Below are positions 10,981 to 22,815 of a stretch of DNA of 64,000 nucleotides, piece by piece. The stretch lies in contig JARDVH010000099.1 of the NCBI GenBank assembly GCA_030324005.1, positions 44,468,291 to 44,532,290 on the forward strand, written 5' to 3'. Both the position numbers and the translations under genes were made by a program. Each line of letters starts with the position of its first letter. The first letter of the stretch is position 1. The notes under the pieces are model-generated. The model did no database searches. It saw only the letters and a list, made by a program, of their open reading frames with translations, and was not told the origin of the DNA. Origin of the DNA: Negaprion brevirostris (taxonomy: Eukaryota).

Positions 10981-11532
10981 CTTATTCTTCCACCAGCTCC
11001 TTCCCCATTATCATTCAGAACATATACAGGATAATAATTATTTCTATGAATTAAATTTTTCCTACTCCCTGGTTGCAGCCTTCTGCTTCAAATCCTTCTG
11101 TTGTTGTGGGAAATTTGCTGGAGGGGAGGACTTTTTGGGGAAATCGTGGTGGCTGCCTACTCTGGCTAAAGCTCCTAGTTTGCTTTCAAAATACTTCATT
11201 CCACTGCCAGCAAAATGCCAATACCATGGTCAAATCCCTTTATTATGGCCTCTACCCATGCAAATTGAATGCCTGTCTCCTTGACTAAAATTCCTAAATG
11301 ATGGGACATTGTCAGGGAGCATATTTGACACAACACCATGATTTCTGGGGGCACAGGAGGAGGAAGTCACAAGTGGGTGTAACATTTTGGGGAGTGGGAG
11401 AGGGGTGCTCCCAATGAACTGTCTTATTCTTTTCCTCATTTATTATCATTTAGAACATATACAGGGTAATAATTATTTTAATTATGTATATTTTTTCCTA
11501 CATTCTGGTGGCAGCTTTCAAATCCTTATGTT
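10981..11532. repeat. Diverged direct repeat of about 115 bp (10981-11102 and 11423-11532) flanking a spacer of about 320 bp
   Basis: attatcattcagaacatatacaggataataattattt vs attatcatttagaacatatacagggtaataattattt; tttttcctac..ctggttgcagc..ttcaaatccttctgtt vs tttttcctac..ctggtggcagc..ttcaaatccttatgtt. Confidence 0.8.
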
Positions 11533-12359
11533 CCTCTCTTTCTTTCAGCCCGAGATTGTGAAAGAGTGGATTGGCCTTCTGTGTTCCATTTTCCCTTGCT
11601 GTGTTTATTGCTGTGACAGAGGTGGAAACAGACCACTAACTAGTCATTAATTAAGAGCTTCAATAGGCCCAAGGTTGGATGAGCTGGCTGATGCTTTACG
11701 CACCTACCATAATACAGGGTTAGCTCAGTGGTATGTGGGAAGGTGTAGGATAGCCACTTGTTCTGTTTTATGTGCCTTCCTGTCTGCTGAGACATTGGTG
11801 GAGGGGGCCATACAATTCCCCCCATGGTAACCTTGTGCAATATTGCTTCATTTCTTTAGTCATTTGTCAGTAATAGGGTACCAGATATTTTGGACAATAA
11901 AACTTAAATGTTCTACAGGCAATTCTTGTTCATTATATTAAAGTTCACAGTCTTCACATTTTAATACTTTTGGGTGATTAGGCTTCAGTGATTCCTTTCT
12001 AGTTACCATAGTGCTATTTGAGCAATAGCTTTTTGTTTGTCTTATTTAAAATAAAACAAACCAAAATTATAACAGTAAGGTGCAGACAAATTATGTTTCT
12101 ATTCCGGTATAATCGCTTTAGGCAGTGCATAGTACTATTTGTTTTTTCACTGTTTTTTTTATTGTTTAACAGCTATTATCAGAAGGTTTTGATTTGAAAT
12201 AAACTTAATCAAATATAATCTTTAAAACTCTCAAATGTACGTTCAGAATGAATTTGGTTAAATGTCATATGCTGTTTTTATTTGTGAGAATTCTAATAAG
12301 GCATTGACAAATTTAATAAGTTGCACCAAAAGGTAGATTATTCCTGTTGTTACAAAAGT

Positions 12360-12485
12360 AACATACTATACACGGATGTTTGAAATCTGAAATAAAAACA
12401 GAAAACATTGGAAATACTCAGGCAGTATTTATGGAGAGAGAAACAGAGTTAACAGTTCAGGCCTACGATCTTTCATCAGACCCTC
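12360..12485 (-). mobile_element. Penelope terminal-repeat fragment with a degenerate hammerhead
   Basis: gaaatctgaaataaaaacagaaa..ggaaatactcag..ggagagagaaacagagttaac. The minus strand reads CTGATGA-aagatcgtaggcct-GAAC, with GAAA mutated. Confidence 0.75.
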
Positions 12486-14869
12486 TAATGGTGTGATTGC
12501 CTTATCGGCACTCGAGTATCAGGAGCCCATCCTCCACTTAATTGATCACACTCAAGATTCCATCAGTAGCGATGAGATTGGTACACTCAAACAAAAGTTC
12601 AGCCCAATATAATTATATGAGGCTGCTAGTATTTGCATGACTGTGTTTGTTTCAAAGCATTGCCTGAAACTTTGTTTGAAGTCTGATGTAAGGTCATTTT
12701 CTGACTTTCTACTCTCACCAAGAACACATGCTAAAAATTCAGGTATAGATTGCAATTTTCTGACCTTATTGCCCGTATGAATTACCAAAGCATGTTTGGT
12801 AAGATGAGGTTCACCTGACATTTATCCCTTATTACCAGGAATTTTGACTTAGCATATTGTGTATTATTTAAAAGTTGGAAAACATTCTTCAAACTTCTTA
12901 TCTTAGGTTCTAAAAAGACTACTGCTAAACTATTCAAATTTAAGGATTATAACCATTCTAAAAAAACTGTGTATAATTAAGGCTTGGAGCCTCTACAAGT
13001 AAGAAACTACGCCACCAAAATTTACTGTGGAAGCTTCATTTGATGGGTGGGAACAGTTCATGTATTATCTCAGAGACCCACAAATGTCCAAATTTTCAAG
13101 TGGCCACAGAGGTAGAACCAAAAGCAGACAGGCCTTCAATTTTCAACCATTGGCCCGTGTGCCCCTTTCCTGCCATTGTCCCATCTCAGAGCTATTTTTG
13201 CCAGGCAGAATTTGTGTGGAGAAGGGTCAATAGGCGTGAATACACAAGTAGGTCATTGGTCCCTTAGTAGTCCAATTAAGGACACCCATCACACACTGAT
13301 CTGAGGGGGGACGGTTGGATATAGCATTTAGCTAGGGAATAATCCCCCTCCCCCCCAACACTCACCATAGCCATCATAGTACAGCTGCAGCCTTGGCTGT
13401 GGAGTAGTTGGATGTTCCTCTACTTTTTTGATGTCAAAAATTTACAAAATTTCTCCAGAAGGCATTTCATCTCTTCCCACCTTCATTCGTAGCACTCATT
13501 TCACACATCAGACATTGTATATGTGGAAGAATGAAGACTGAACTTTTGTTGATAACTGATAGCTGACATTCCATGTGCTTTCTGTATATTACTTCAACTG
13601 GGACCAGTAAAAGTGTTGACAATCTTCCATTGAGCTGTATAACCACAGCTGCTTTGCCTTGCCTTTAGCGTTGGTTTATTTGCAATCGTAATTAAAAGTG
13701 TCATGATAATGCCTCACATTTGAGGATTAACAAGTTATGCCATGAACTGGTGAAATAATTCCAGTATGTTACACCGTCAAATTCAGCTGCCCCATGATGA
13801 GGCCACCTGAACAGTGTCCAAACCCTTTCCACAGAGAGCAAGAAAAAATTTCAGATTGCGTTATGCCATATCAATTTTTGATAGTTAGTTTCAGAGCAAC
13901 ATAACTATAAAATGCCCGTCTTGATTTTTCAACCATAATTGATACATAATATAGGAGAATATATAACATAGGAGAAAAATGCTTCAAAAGAAAGGAAATC
14001 TCACCCTAAAAAGAGAAGAATCAAGAGATAACTTCACTTTCTGCATCTTGCTCCTAATTATTGTAATCCCTCATGGATATTAAACCAGTGGTATTCATTT
14101 CTCTTCATTCCAGATTCTTTTGACATGTTGGAATTAAGTCGAGCTTGCAATTTTCTAGAGAAATTATATTCAGAGCAAAGGGATGAAAATGTTCCCTGCT
14201 GCAGTTAATCAGTGTCACACTTGCATCGCATAAAGCCATGGAAGGATACACAATTGGGCTAGTTAGTTTTTCCCATTTAAAGAATTTTGTTGCCGGAAGT
14301 TTATGAGAAGATATCCTGCCTTTACAGAATTCAACTTGTTTTTAAACAGAATAGATCTCTAGAAAGGAACTGGGCTCAGAGGATTACATTGGGATCTACC
14401 TGGCATGTTAATTGATAAGAAGAATAGGTCATTCCCAACCACTCTATAATTCTTACAGACTACAATGTCAGATGTATTGAAGTGATTGTGGTTGGGCAAT
14501 AGTACTGTCTGCTAGTACCTGAATCAAGCAGTTTTTCATAAAATCTAACTTTCAGCAGAGCTAAAAAAAAGTACCATCTTCTCTTTTAGTTTCACAGTTC
14601 ATGAGTCCAGTTAGATGTTACCATGGGAGTGTTCACTGATATTGAAACATCCAGAGACAGCTTGCCTCTCTTGACAATCATCAACTTTTGGGGCAAGACC
14701 CAGGATAGCCTTGATGCTCTCTTTTTCAAAGATGCTTATCTGCTTTTCCTCCTCTTCCTGTCCATTTCCCCTTATTGTGCAGTGGTTGAAAAGATCAGAA
14801 GCAGACCATACAGCCTCTCAAGCCTTTTTTGCCATTCAACATGGTCACAATTGAACATCCAAACCAATT

Positions 14870-15160
14870 AGTCACTAAAGTATTTCCCCTATTTTCTGTC
14901 TGTTAACCAATCTTCAATCCAGGCAAATATGTCATCTCAATCTCATAAGCCCCAATCTTCCACAACGACCTTATCAAATGTCTTCGAGTAATCAAGATAG
15001 AAAACATCCACGGGTTCTCCATTATCTACTTTATCAATTATGCCTTCAAAAAGCTCTAATAGATTTATCAAATTTTATTTGCCTTCCATAATCCATGTTG
15101 ACCCTGCATAATCATATTGCAATTTTCCAGGTGCCTGATTCCCATGTCCTCAATAGATCC
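14870..15160 (-). mobile_element. CR1 LINE RT fragment
   Basis: The reverse strand encodes a degenerate V.YLD..KTFDKV motif (ccttatcaaatgtcttcgagtaatcaagataga). Confidence 0.7.
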
Positions 15161-15184
15161 TCGATTCTGATGTTAAAGTCGTCC

Positions 15185-15625
15185 CTGAGATCTTGGCATA
15201 CAAGGACACAAGGCAGTAATTCATGTAGTTAAGGTTGTAAAGAAGACATATGGAGTGTTCTCCTTCATTGGCAGAACTATGGAATTTCAAAGTGAGGATT
15301 TAATGTTGGAATTGTATAAAATACAGGTGAAGCCACAACTGGAATATTATGTGCAGTTCTGGTCACCATGTTACAGGAAGGACGTAATTGCTCTGGAGAG
15401 AGTACAAAGGAAGTTTATAGGAATGTTACCAGGGCTAGAACACTGTAGATTTGAGGAGAGATTGGATAGGTTGGGGTTATTTTCCTTGGAACAAAGAGGG
15501 ATGAAGGGTGACTTGATAGAAGTGTACAACATTATGAGGGAAAGAAATAGAGCGGTCAGGATAACTTTGTTTCCCTTGGTGGAGAATTCTAGACTTGTAG
15601 CAAAATTGTAAAATGCCGTGTCAGG
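15185..15625 (+). mobile_element. CR1 LINE ORF2 C-terminal fragment
   Basis: ORF 15255-15611: LYKIQVKPQLEYYVQFWSPCYRKDVIALERVQRKFIGMLPGL..EERLDRLGLFSLEQR..KGDLIEVYNIM. Confidence 0.92.
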
Positions 15626-15959
15626 TTGGTCGTCTGACATGCCTCCACCTTTGAGTATTCTTGTTGAGTTGGGGGAATAGGTGGTTAAGGCTACCCATTA
15701 GTGGAAGGAGCAGGTAGCTAATTAAGGTTAGTAACAGGCCAAATGGGGGAAAGGTGATGACAATGTCAGGATCTTCTCAATGGTGGACTGGTCTTCTACT
15801 GAGGCTAAAACCCGGCATTTATCCAGAAGTAGCTTTCCAAAGGCAGCCCAGTGGCCATCAACACCTCTCATATTCCCAGCCCGACCTGCTGGGATATGGT
15901 AGCTATAGCTGCACTTGCAAGTCATCCTGTGAATGGGTTTCCTCTGCATAATGATAACC

Positions 15960-16254
15960 TGATGTGGATGTGCCGGCGTTGGACTGGGGTAAACACAGTA
16001 AAAAGTCTGACAACACCAGGTTTTATTCCAACCGATTTATTTGATAGTATACTCACAAGCTTTCGAGGGGATTCCCTCTTCGTCAGGTGAATGGAGAGTT
16101 CTGGCCTCGGACAGAGCGTATATAAAGCACAGACAGTTTACAGAATACTGATTAGAATGCGAATCTTTACACCTAATCTGCTGTTCAAGTCCTAAAGTGG
16201 CTGACAATGTGTGTGGAAGGAGCACTGATCACAGGTTAAAGAGATGTGTATTGT
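15960..16254 (-). mobile_element. Penelope-like element terminal repeat, running into a gap
   Basis: gatgtggatgtgccggcgttggactggggtaaacacagtaaaaagtctgacaacaccagg..tttattt is the shark Penelope terminus. It retains CpGs, which suggests a young copy. Confidence 0.8.
16051..16092 (-). ncRNA. Minimal type-I hammerhead ribozyme (Penelope-type)
   Basis: Minus strand: ATTCAC-CTGACGA-A-GAGGG(AATC)CCCTC-GAAA-GCTT-GTGAGT. It has both core boxes, a perfect 5-bp stem II, a 6-bp stem I (one G-U) and palindromic AGCT in place of stem III. Confidence 0.8.
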
Positions 16255-16442
16255 NNNNNNNNNNNNNNNNNNNNNNNNNNNNNNNNNNNNNNNNNNNNNN
16301 NNNNNNNNNNNNNNNNNNNNNNNNNNNNNNNNNNNNNNNNNNNNNNNNNNNNNNNNNNNNNNNNNNNNNNNNNNNNNNNNNNNNNNNNNNNNNNNNNNNN
16401 NNNNNNNNNNNNNNNNNNNNNTTCGGTCATGCTGCTACTACT

Positions 16443-17091
16443 GGGACGATTCTCCCAAAAAGTTTCCAAGTGCTGAATTTGTGGGAAAATTGGTGTAAAT
16501 CACAATTTTTCAGTGGGAGTTCACGCTGGAATCCCCCACACTTTGTGTAATGCAGAGGTCACAATCATGAATCTCATTAAAAGCTCAGGGGGGAGTGTTG
16601 GGCAACAGGGCCTATTCATGCCAGAGGCTGATAGTTGCAGTGCCAAGGTGCCCGTAGGCATGGGCATTTTGCACCTTGGGCAGTGCCAAGGACACAGGCT
16701 GGCACTGTGGGGGTCACCACCCCCTGCTGCTCGACCCCCTGAGGAGCCCTTCACCCCAGTGGGGTCAGGCCACCAGTTCCCCGAAAGCGGGGAGCTAGAC
16801 TGAACTCCACCAGAGTGAAATTGTACTGACAGCACAGGAGATGCAAGTTGGCTTGGAGACTTTAGTCCCTGGCCTGCTAATAGCATTTAAATAAGATTAA
16901 AAATAGATTTAAATGACTTACCTGCTGTTCCAGGCAGTTTCCAGCATGGTACCTACTACGCTGGATATCCAGCGCTGGGAGATGCACGCGCATCAGGAAT
17001 ACATGCATGAATCCCATGAATCAACAGAAACACGATTCTCCCAGCCTGTTGTGCTAAAAAATTACTGCGTTAGGATGTGAAAATCGCCCCC
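16443..17091 (-). mobile_element. About 650-bp non-autonomous Harbinger element sharing both ends with the element at 58039-61137
   Basis: TIRs GGGACGATTCTC / GAAAATCGCCCC. The subterminal regions align by eye to 61020-61137 and 58039-58205 (reverse). Confidence 0.75.
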
Positions 17092-17174
17092 TATATTTCC
17101 ATTGCTTCATTGTGGCAGGTAGAAAATTAATGCCTGTCATTATAATAAATATAACATAGTCCTTTTTAGACCAT

Positions 17175-18227
17175 GGCCATAATCCTCCCAGGAGACGGTT
17201 GCATCGGCGGTTGGGGTGGTTCGCCCTGTTTGCGTTCCAGCGCTGGATTTCTGGCGGTGTCTGATCCCCACTGGAAATCAGCAGAGTGGCACAAAGACCC
17301 TTAACAAGGTCTTTTTACTCTCATTTAAATGCCCGGGACTGAAGTGTCCAGGCCTGCAAGCATCTCCCCCCTCCTGTCCGCCAAAAGTGGCTCACTCCAG
17401 CAGGGATTACTATAGTTTCTCACTTTTGGGGAGCTAGTTCCCTGAAGTGGGCCAATCGGGGCTTCCCAGCGGGTCGGGCACAGGGGGTGCCCCATGAATA
17501 TTAACACCTTGGCACTGCCAGCATGTGCCCCTGGCACTGTCAAGGGGCAAAGTGCCAGTGCCCAGGGGGCACCTTCGCATTGTCTAGCAGGCATGAAGTA
17601 GCGCCAANNNNNNNNNNNNNNNNNNNNNNNNNNNNNNNNNNNNNNNNNNNNNNNNNNNNNNNNNNNNNNNNNNNNNNNNNNNNNNNNNNNNNNNNNNNNN
17701 NNNNNNNACAGGCAGCCTTCTGGAGAGTTGGACCTTGTGGGGGGAGGGGGTCATGACTGCTGGGGGTTAATTGTCGGTGGGGTGAAATCGGTGTGGAAGG
17801 GGCTGAGGACTGGAGATTGGGACAGGCTGGGTGTTGGGGGGATGTTGGGGCTAGGCCTAGGAATGGTCAGGGAGTCAGCGATTGGGCTGAGGGGGGCAGA
17901 GAACCGGCATTACGAGGTCGTTGGGCTTGGCAGCAACATAGCTGGCCTGTAATTGGGAGGCCATCAGTGTGGGGTCACTGCACATGTATTGATCTCAGCA
18001 CTGACAGATCGGCTCATGTGCAGTGGCTCACTCTGTGCACTGATTTTAGCCTTGCCAGTGGGAATAAGCTCCACCCGCTGAAAGTTGATAATGTTCACGC
18101 TGGTGGCCTCTGCAATGCACAGAGTGTGGGAGATTCTTTTCTGAACACCCACTGAAAAAAGCAGTGTGAATTACTCCAGCTTTCACACAAATTCATCACT
18201 TAGAGTATTTTGGGGAGAATTCTGCCC
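17175..18227 (+). mobile_element. Non-autonomous Harbinger element with a 3-bp TSD, spanning a gap
   Basis: TIRs GGCCATAATCCTCCC / GGGAGAATTCTGCCC match 12/15. CAT flanks both sides (17172-17174 and 18228-18230). Confidence 0.75.
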
Positions 18228-20040
18228 CATATATTCATGTGGATGACAAAAAAAAAAATCAGGTTTTTGTTGTTTTCATTTTTCCCTCTGAAACTTTTCT
18301 CAATCACACTGTGCATTCCAAAATATAACTGATGTTTTAAATTCCAAAAAAAGACTTTTTTTTTCTATGTTAGAATAGTGTGGAGCAGAATTTGGTCATC
18401 ATTGCACCTCTTTACCAGATGGAAATGAAGGTAAAATTTATCAATTATGCAAGGTTTTATCTATACAGCTTTCAGTGCTGCAGTGACCTTGAATAATTTT
18501 CAGGCGTATCAGGCAGCTGCCTAAAACAGGTGTTAGGCCCCTTTTTACATGCTAATAAGGGTTTTAAAACATGTTTCGGAATCCTTGGCAAAATTGGATT
18601 GATGTAAGCAGAGTTACTCATTCAGCTTTTGCTTGCATGGATGCTTCCAAAAATGAAATACATATTTTAAAAATGATTGTGGAGCCAAAAGGAGCAGGAG
18701 TGCTTCTCCCAACTCCATGTTGCCCCTGGCAGCTACTGCTGGCTGTGGTTGGCCCTTCTCCCACTCTCCTCCCACCACTCCTGGGACATTGCTGACAAAG
18801 CTGCCCAAAACCCAAGGTCAAATAATAGAATATTAAGGTGAGCTAGTCGTTATTACTCTTTGGTCAAAATGAAACAAATCTGTCCCCATTATTTTTGTTG
18901 CTACTTATTTTAAACGTGCACTAAATTCAAATTTTGCAGTAAAATTAAGACAATATAATTAAATAAATGAATGATTACCATTTAATAACAAATTTTAGAA
19001 ATTTAATTTTCTAATAGAAGTGCATGTTTCAAAGAGCTTCACATCCAGTAAAATATTTTTGAAGTACAGTTACTTTTGTAACATAGAAAATTGTATTTTT
19101 AGGATCTAATATCTGATCTCTTATGGAGTGACGATTATGATAGTTGTGCTGGGATTTGGTCTACTTCTTCCTGTAATCTTTCTTATATTTATTTCTGCAG
19201 TGTGGCAGCTTTGGGGACAATGATCGCTCCAGCAATGCACCATTGCAGTGCGCTCCAAATGTTGAAGGTTGATATTCGCAGCACTGTCAAGCTTAAACAA
19301 AATCACTTGTGGCACTTATGAGTTATGTCATCCAGTATCATGTATTTGTCACAATTCTCTTGCTCCTTGCCATTCATCTTCCATATGTTCAGCTTGTCAA
19401 CCCAGTTCCAGATTCCCAATGACCAGTTTGCATGTTGATGTTTATGCTGTGTAAAACAGAAAATGTCAATTTTGAAAAGTTTTTTGGTATTTGTTCCTGC
19501 TACCCTGGTGATGTGCATTATTGCATAAACCTTTTTCAATTTTTTATTGTAGGTAAATTATTCACATAAATTACATAAAGCGCAAATTTATGAGTAGTTC
19601 TCAACTTTAATGAACTTCCATTCAAATGTGCTTTTCTTGGATCACAAATTTATTTTTTACCAAATGAATTACAACATTTTAAAAATTGCATGTTTTACAC
19701 TATCTAAAAACAGTAATTAATTGTGTTGTTGAGGGCAATAGCACTGATTTGCCAACATTATACTTGCTGCTGTTTAAAAAAGATGCACAATACTATCAGT
19801 GTCAACAGGTGGGACATTTTAATTAGATTCCAGGAAATAATTTTATGCACAATTAGGCAAGACTTTTCTTCTGTGTTGTTAACAGTATACATTAAGTAAA
19901 TAAAACAAGTAGGAAAACTTGCTAAACTTTGTTATTTCCCATCTCCTGCATTATGTTGTTACTGGAATTGTACAGATGTTTGAAGTCATGTTGATATCAG
20001 ATTTGCTGGGACACTTATTCTCTCTGCATCATATTGTTTC

Positions 20041-21079
20041 ACCATGATTTCAAAAAGTCTACAATTCTAAGTCATGATAAATGGAGTGGAAGTGAGCTGG
20101 TAGCAAAAAGTAATCTTTGGGTGCGAAAATTTGACGAAGTCGGATGTGAGGCGAGGCGCGCGATCTGTGCCTGCCACTGTGCCGGCTCCCCCTTTATGAC
20201 AGCCCGAAAATGGCCACGATCGGAACTGCACCCGAAACTGGTGCGACGGCCATTTAAATGCATTTGCATGCATTTAAATTGACTTAATNNNNNNNNNNNN
20301 NNNNNNNNNNNNNNNNNNNNNNNNNNNNNNNNNNNNNNNNNNNNNNNNNNNNNNNNNNNNNNNNNNNNNNNNNNNNNNNNNNNNNNNNNNNNNNNNNNNN
20401 NNNNNNNNNNNNNNNNNNNNNNNNNNNNNNNNNNNNNNNNNNNNNNNNNNNNNNNNNNNNNNNNNNNNNNNNNNNNNNNNNNNNNNNNNNNNNNNNNNNN
20501 NNNNNNNNNNNNNNNNNNNNNNNNNNNNNNNNNNNNNNNNNNNNNNNNNNNNNNNNNNNNNNNNNNNNNNNNNNNNNNNNNNNNNNNNNNNNNNNNNNNN
20601 NNNNNNNNNNNNNNNNNNNNNNNNNNNNNNNNNNNNNNNNNNNNNNNNNNNNNNNNNNNNNNNNNNNNNNNNNNNNNNNNNNNNNNNNNNNNNNNNNNNN
20701 NNNNNNNNNNNNNNNNNNNNNNNNNNNNNNNNNNNNNNNNNNNNNNNNNNNNNNNNNNNNNNNNNNNNNNNNNNAAGGAGTGTGGTAATGTTGGGTGCTG
20801 GAGCAGTGTCTGTGGGGGCCAGTGAGAGGCTCTACCCAGCCTGGGAGCAATGTGGCAGGGAAGTCGCATTCTATTTTTTTTTCTGTGCATGTGCAGTTGG
20901 AGGCACCAATCAAAGCTGCAGGGTTTCGGGCATGTTAAGCCCCACTCACAGGCTTGTGCAGTGCAATTCGGAATCGCTGATATTTTTGCAGGCAGAGAAC
21001 AGGTCTAAAAGTTGGATCTGAAACACTCCCAGTTTCAAGTTCGCCCAGCACTTAGAATCAAAAGGGTAAAATTAGGCCC
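20041..21079. mobile_element. CpG-rich non-autonomous Harbinger-like element, mostly gap
   Basis: The right end CACTTAGAATC..GGTAAAATTAGGCCC has a left counterpart ..ATTCTAAGTC. The internal catttaaatgcatttgcatgcatttaaat is typical of the family. Confidence 0.55.
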
Positions 21080-22072
21080 TGTGTTTTATGTTTTGCAAGC
21101 ATAGACTGGTTTGCTGTTGCACACAATGGCTGGGAAAAGCTGTTTTATACAATCTATAAATCATTAGGTGTTCTGGCCTACATTACACTGGTACTTTTCA
21201 CCTTCTACTGTATAGTTACAGATGAGCGCAAGTTGAAAAGCTTCAACATACCTCTGTTTTCAGCTGTAACTAGATACCGCAGGATGTTTAAAAATTGTGC
21301 TATTGGATCTCCCATGATGCAGGTCACCATAAATCAAAGGATATGTTATATCTGAATAGCAGAATTAAAGCATGTAAAACTGCAGTATGATTCTCTTCTC
21401 TGCAGTTCTGTTAATTTGATACGTCTCATTCAGTTTGCATTGTACATTTGTTGTGCCTTCCTGAGGCATTTGAAGGTTAATTGTTCTTGGCAGATCCCCA
21501 GGTCACTGGGAGGTATCTGATTTTTTTGTTTATTTTTATTTCAGTTGCGCATTTCAAAGATAATTAGAAATTATTTTCGAGACCTTTAAAATGATTGGCT
21601 TCTTCTGTATCTTAAAATTGTGTTCCTTGAGAAAGATAGATTGATGGGAGCTTTTACATAAAACATGAAAGTAAACTGATTATTTCAATAGAAAATGTTA
21701 GTTCGAAAAATATCCCATCCAACTGATCCCATTTCCTGAGGAAATGTGCTGCAAATTCTCTCCAACTAAGTTCAAACTAAGCAAACCTCCAGGGTATTTC
21801 TGTAACTTTACATTTTATGTTGTTATTCCCTATCTGTTATTTTCCTGAACTCAAGATTCCTATGTGCTTATAAAATTTTATACTGAGTGCAGCATTCAGA
21901 CATATATAACAGTACTTTCTTTTACTTTAATCTTATTTCTAGCCAGATATTCTCCCGGTTCTTTGTTAAATGTATTAATCATCACTGTTTTAAGTGAAGA
22001 TCTTTATATCCAATGAATTCTTTCTAATCTTTCATCATTCTTAACCTGTTCACACTACAAATATTCAAAAAT

Positions 22073-22484
22073 CATAGAATGCCTACAGTGCAGAAGGAGG
22101 TCATTCGGCCCATCGAGCCTNNNNNNNNNNNNNNNNNNNNNNNNNNNNNNNNNNNNNNNNNNNNNNNNNNNNNNNNNNNNNNNNNNNNNNNNNNNNNNNN
22201 NNNNNNNNNNNNNNNNNNNNACAGTAGGAGATCATTCGGCCCATCGAGTCTGCACCAACAACAATCCCACCCAGGCCCTATTCCTGTGAACCCACATTAA
22301 CCCTGTTAATCCCCCTGACACTAAGGGGCAATTTAGCATAGCCAATCAACCTAACCTACACATTGTTGGAGTGTGGGTGGAAACCAGAGCACCTGGAAGA
22401 AACCTATGCAGGTATGAGACAAATGTGCAAACTCCACACAAGACGATGGAATTGAACCTGGGTCCCATGTGTCACCATGCCACC
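22073..22484 (-). mobile_element. HE1 SINE with a CR1/HER1-type tail; the tail appears on both sides of the gap
   Basis: tacagtgcagaaggaggtcattcggcccatcgag tail, ggggcaatttagcatagccaatc..tgtgcaaactccacac core. Confidence 0.88.
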
Positions 22485-22540
22485 TATGATTCTACTTATT
22501 TAAATTATCCTTTCATATTAGCATTTAAAAATGTGTCTCT

Positions 22541-22705
22541 GGGGAGATGGTAGCATAGTGGTAATGTCACTGGATGTTTAATTCAGCGGCCTTGGGTTCA
22601 AATCCCACCACAGAAGCGGGTGGAATTTAACTTCAATTGATAAATCTGGAATTGAAATCCAGTCACAGTAATAGTAACCATGAAACTATTGTTGATTGTC
22701 GTAAA
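22541..22705 (+). mobile_element. 5' part of a tRNA-SINE, same family as 49110-49494
   Basis: gatggtagcatagtggtaatgtcactgga..gggttcaaatcccacc..ggtggaattt..aaatctggaatt..ccatgaaact. Confidence 0.8.
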
Positions 22706-22711
22706 AAAAAA

Positions 22712-22815
22712 AGTAAAACACTGCAGATGCTAGAAATCTGAAATTAAAAACAGAAAATGCTGCAAAAAAATCAGCAGGTCTGGTAGCATCTGTGGAGAGA
22801 GAAATAAAGTAAAAG
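22712..22815 (-). mobile_element. Penelope terminal-repeat fragment
   Basis: aaaacactgcagatgctagaaatctgaaattaaaaacagaaaatgctg..cagcaggtctggtagcatctgtggagagagaaa. Confidence 0.75.

Noticed and set aside
19380-19460. KHQHANWSLGIWNWV resembling a Tc1 transposase segment
   Set aside because: The similarity is too short, with no following WSDE motif or TIRs.
20072-20913. Long ORFs (200-270 aa) here and at 54487-55149 and 59004-59822
   Set aside because: Their length comes from N runs translated as X.
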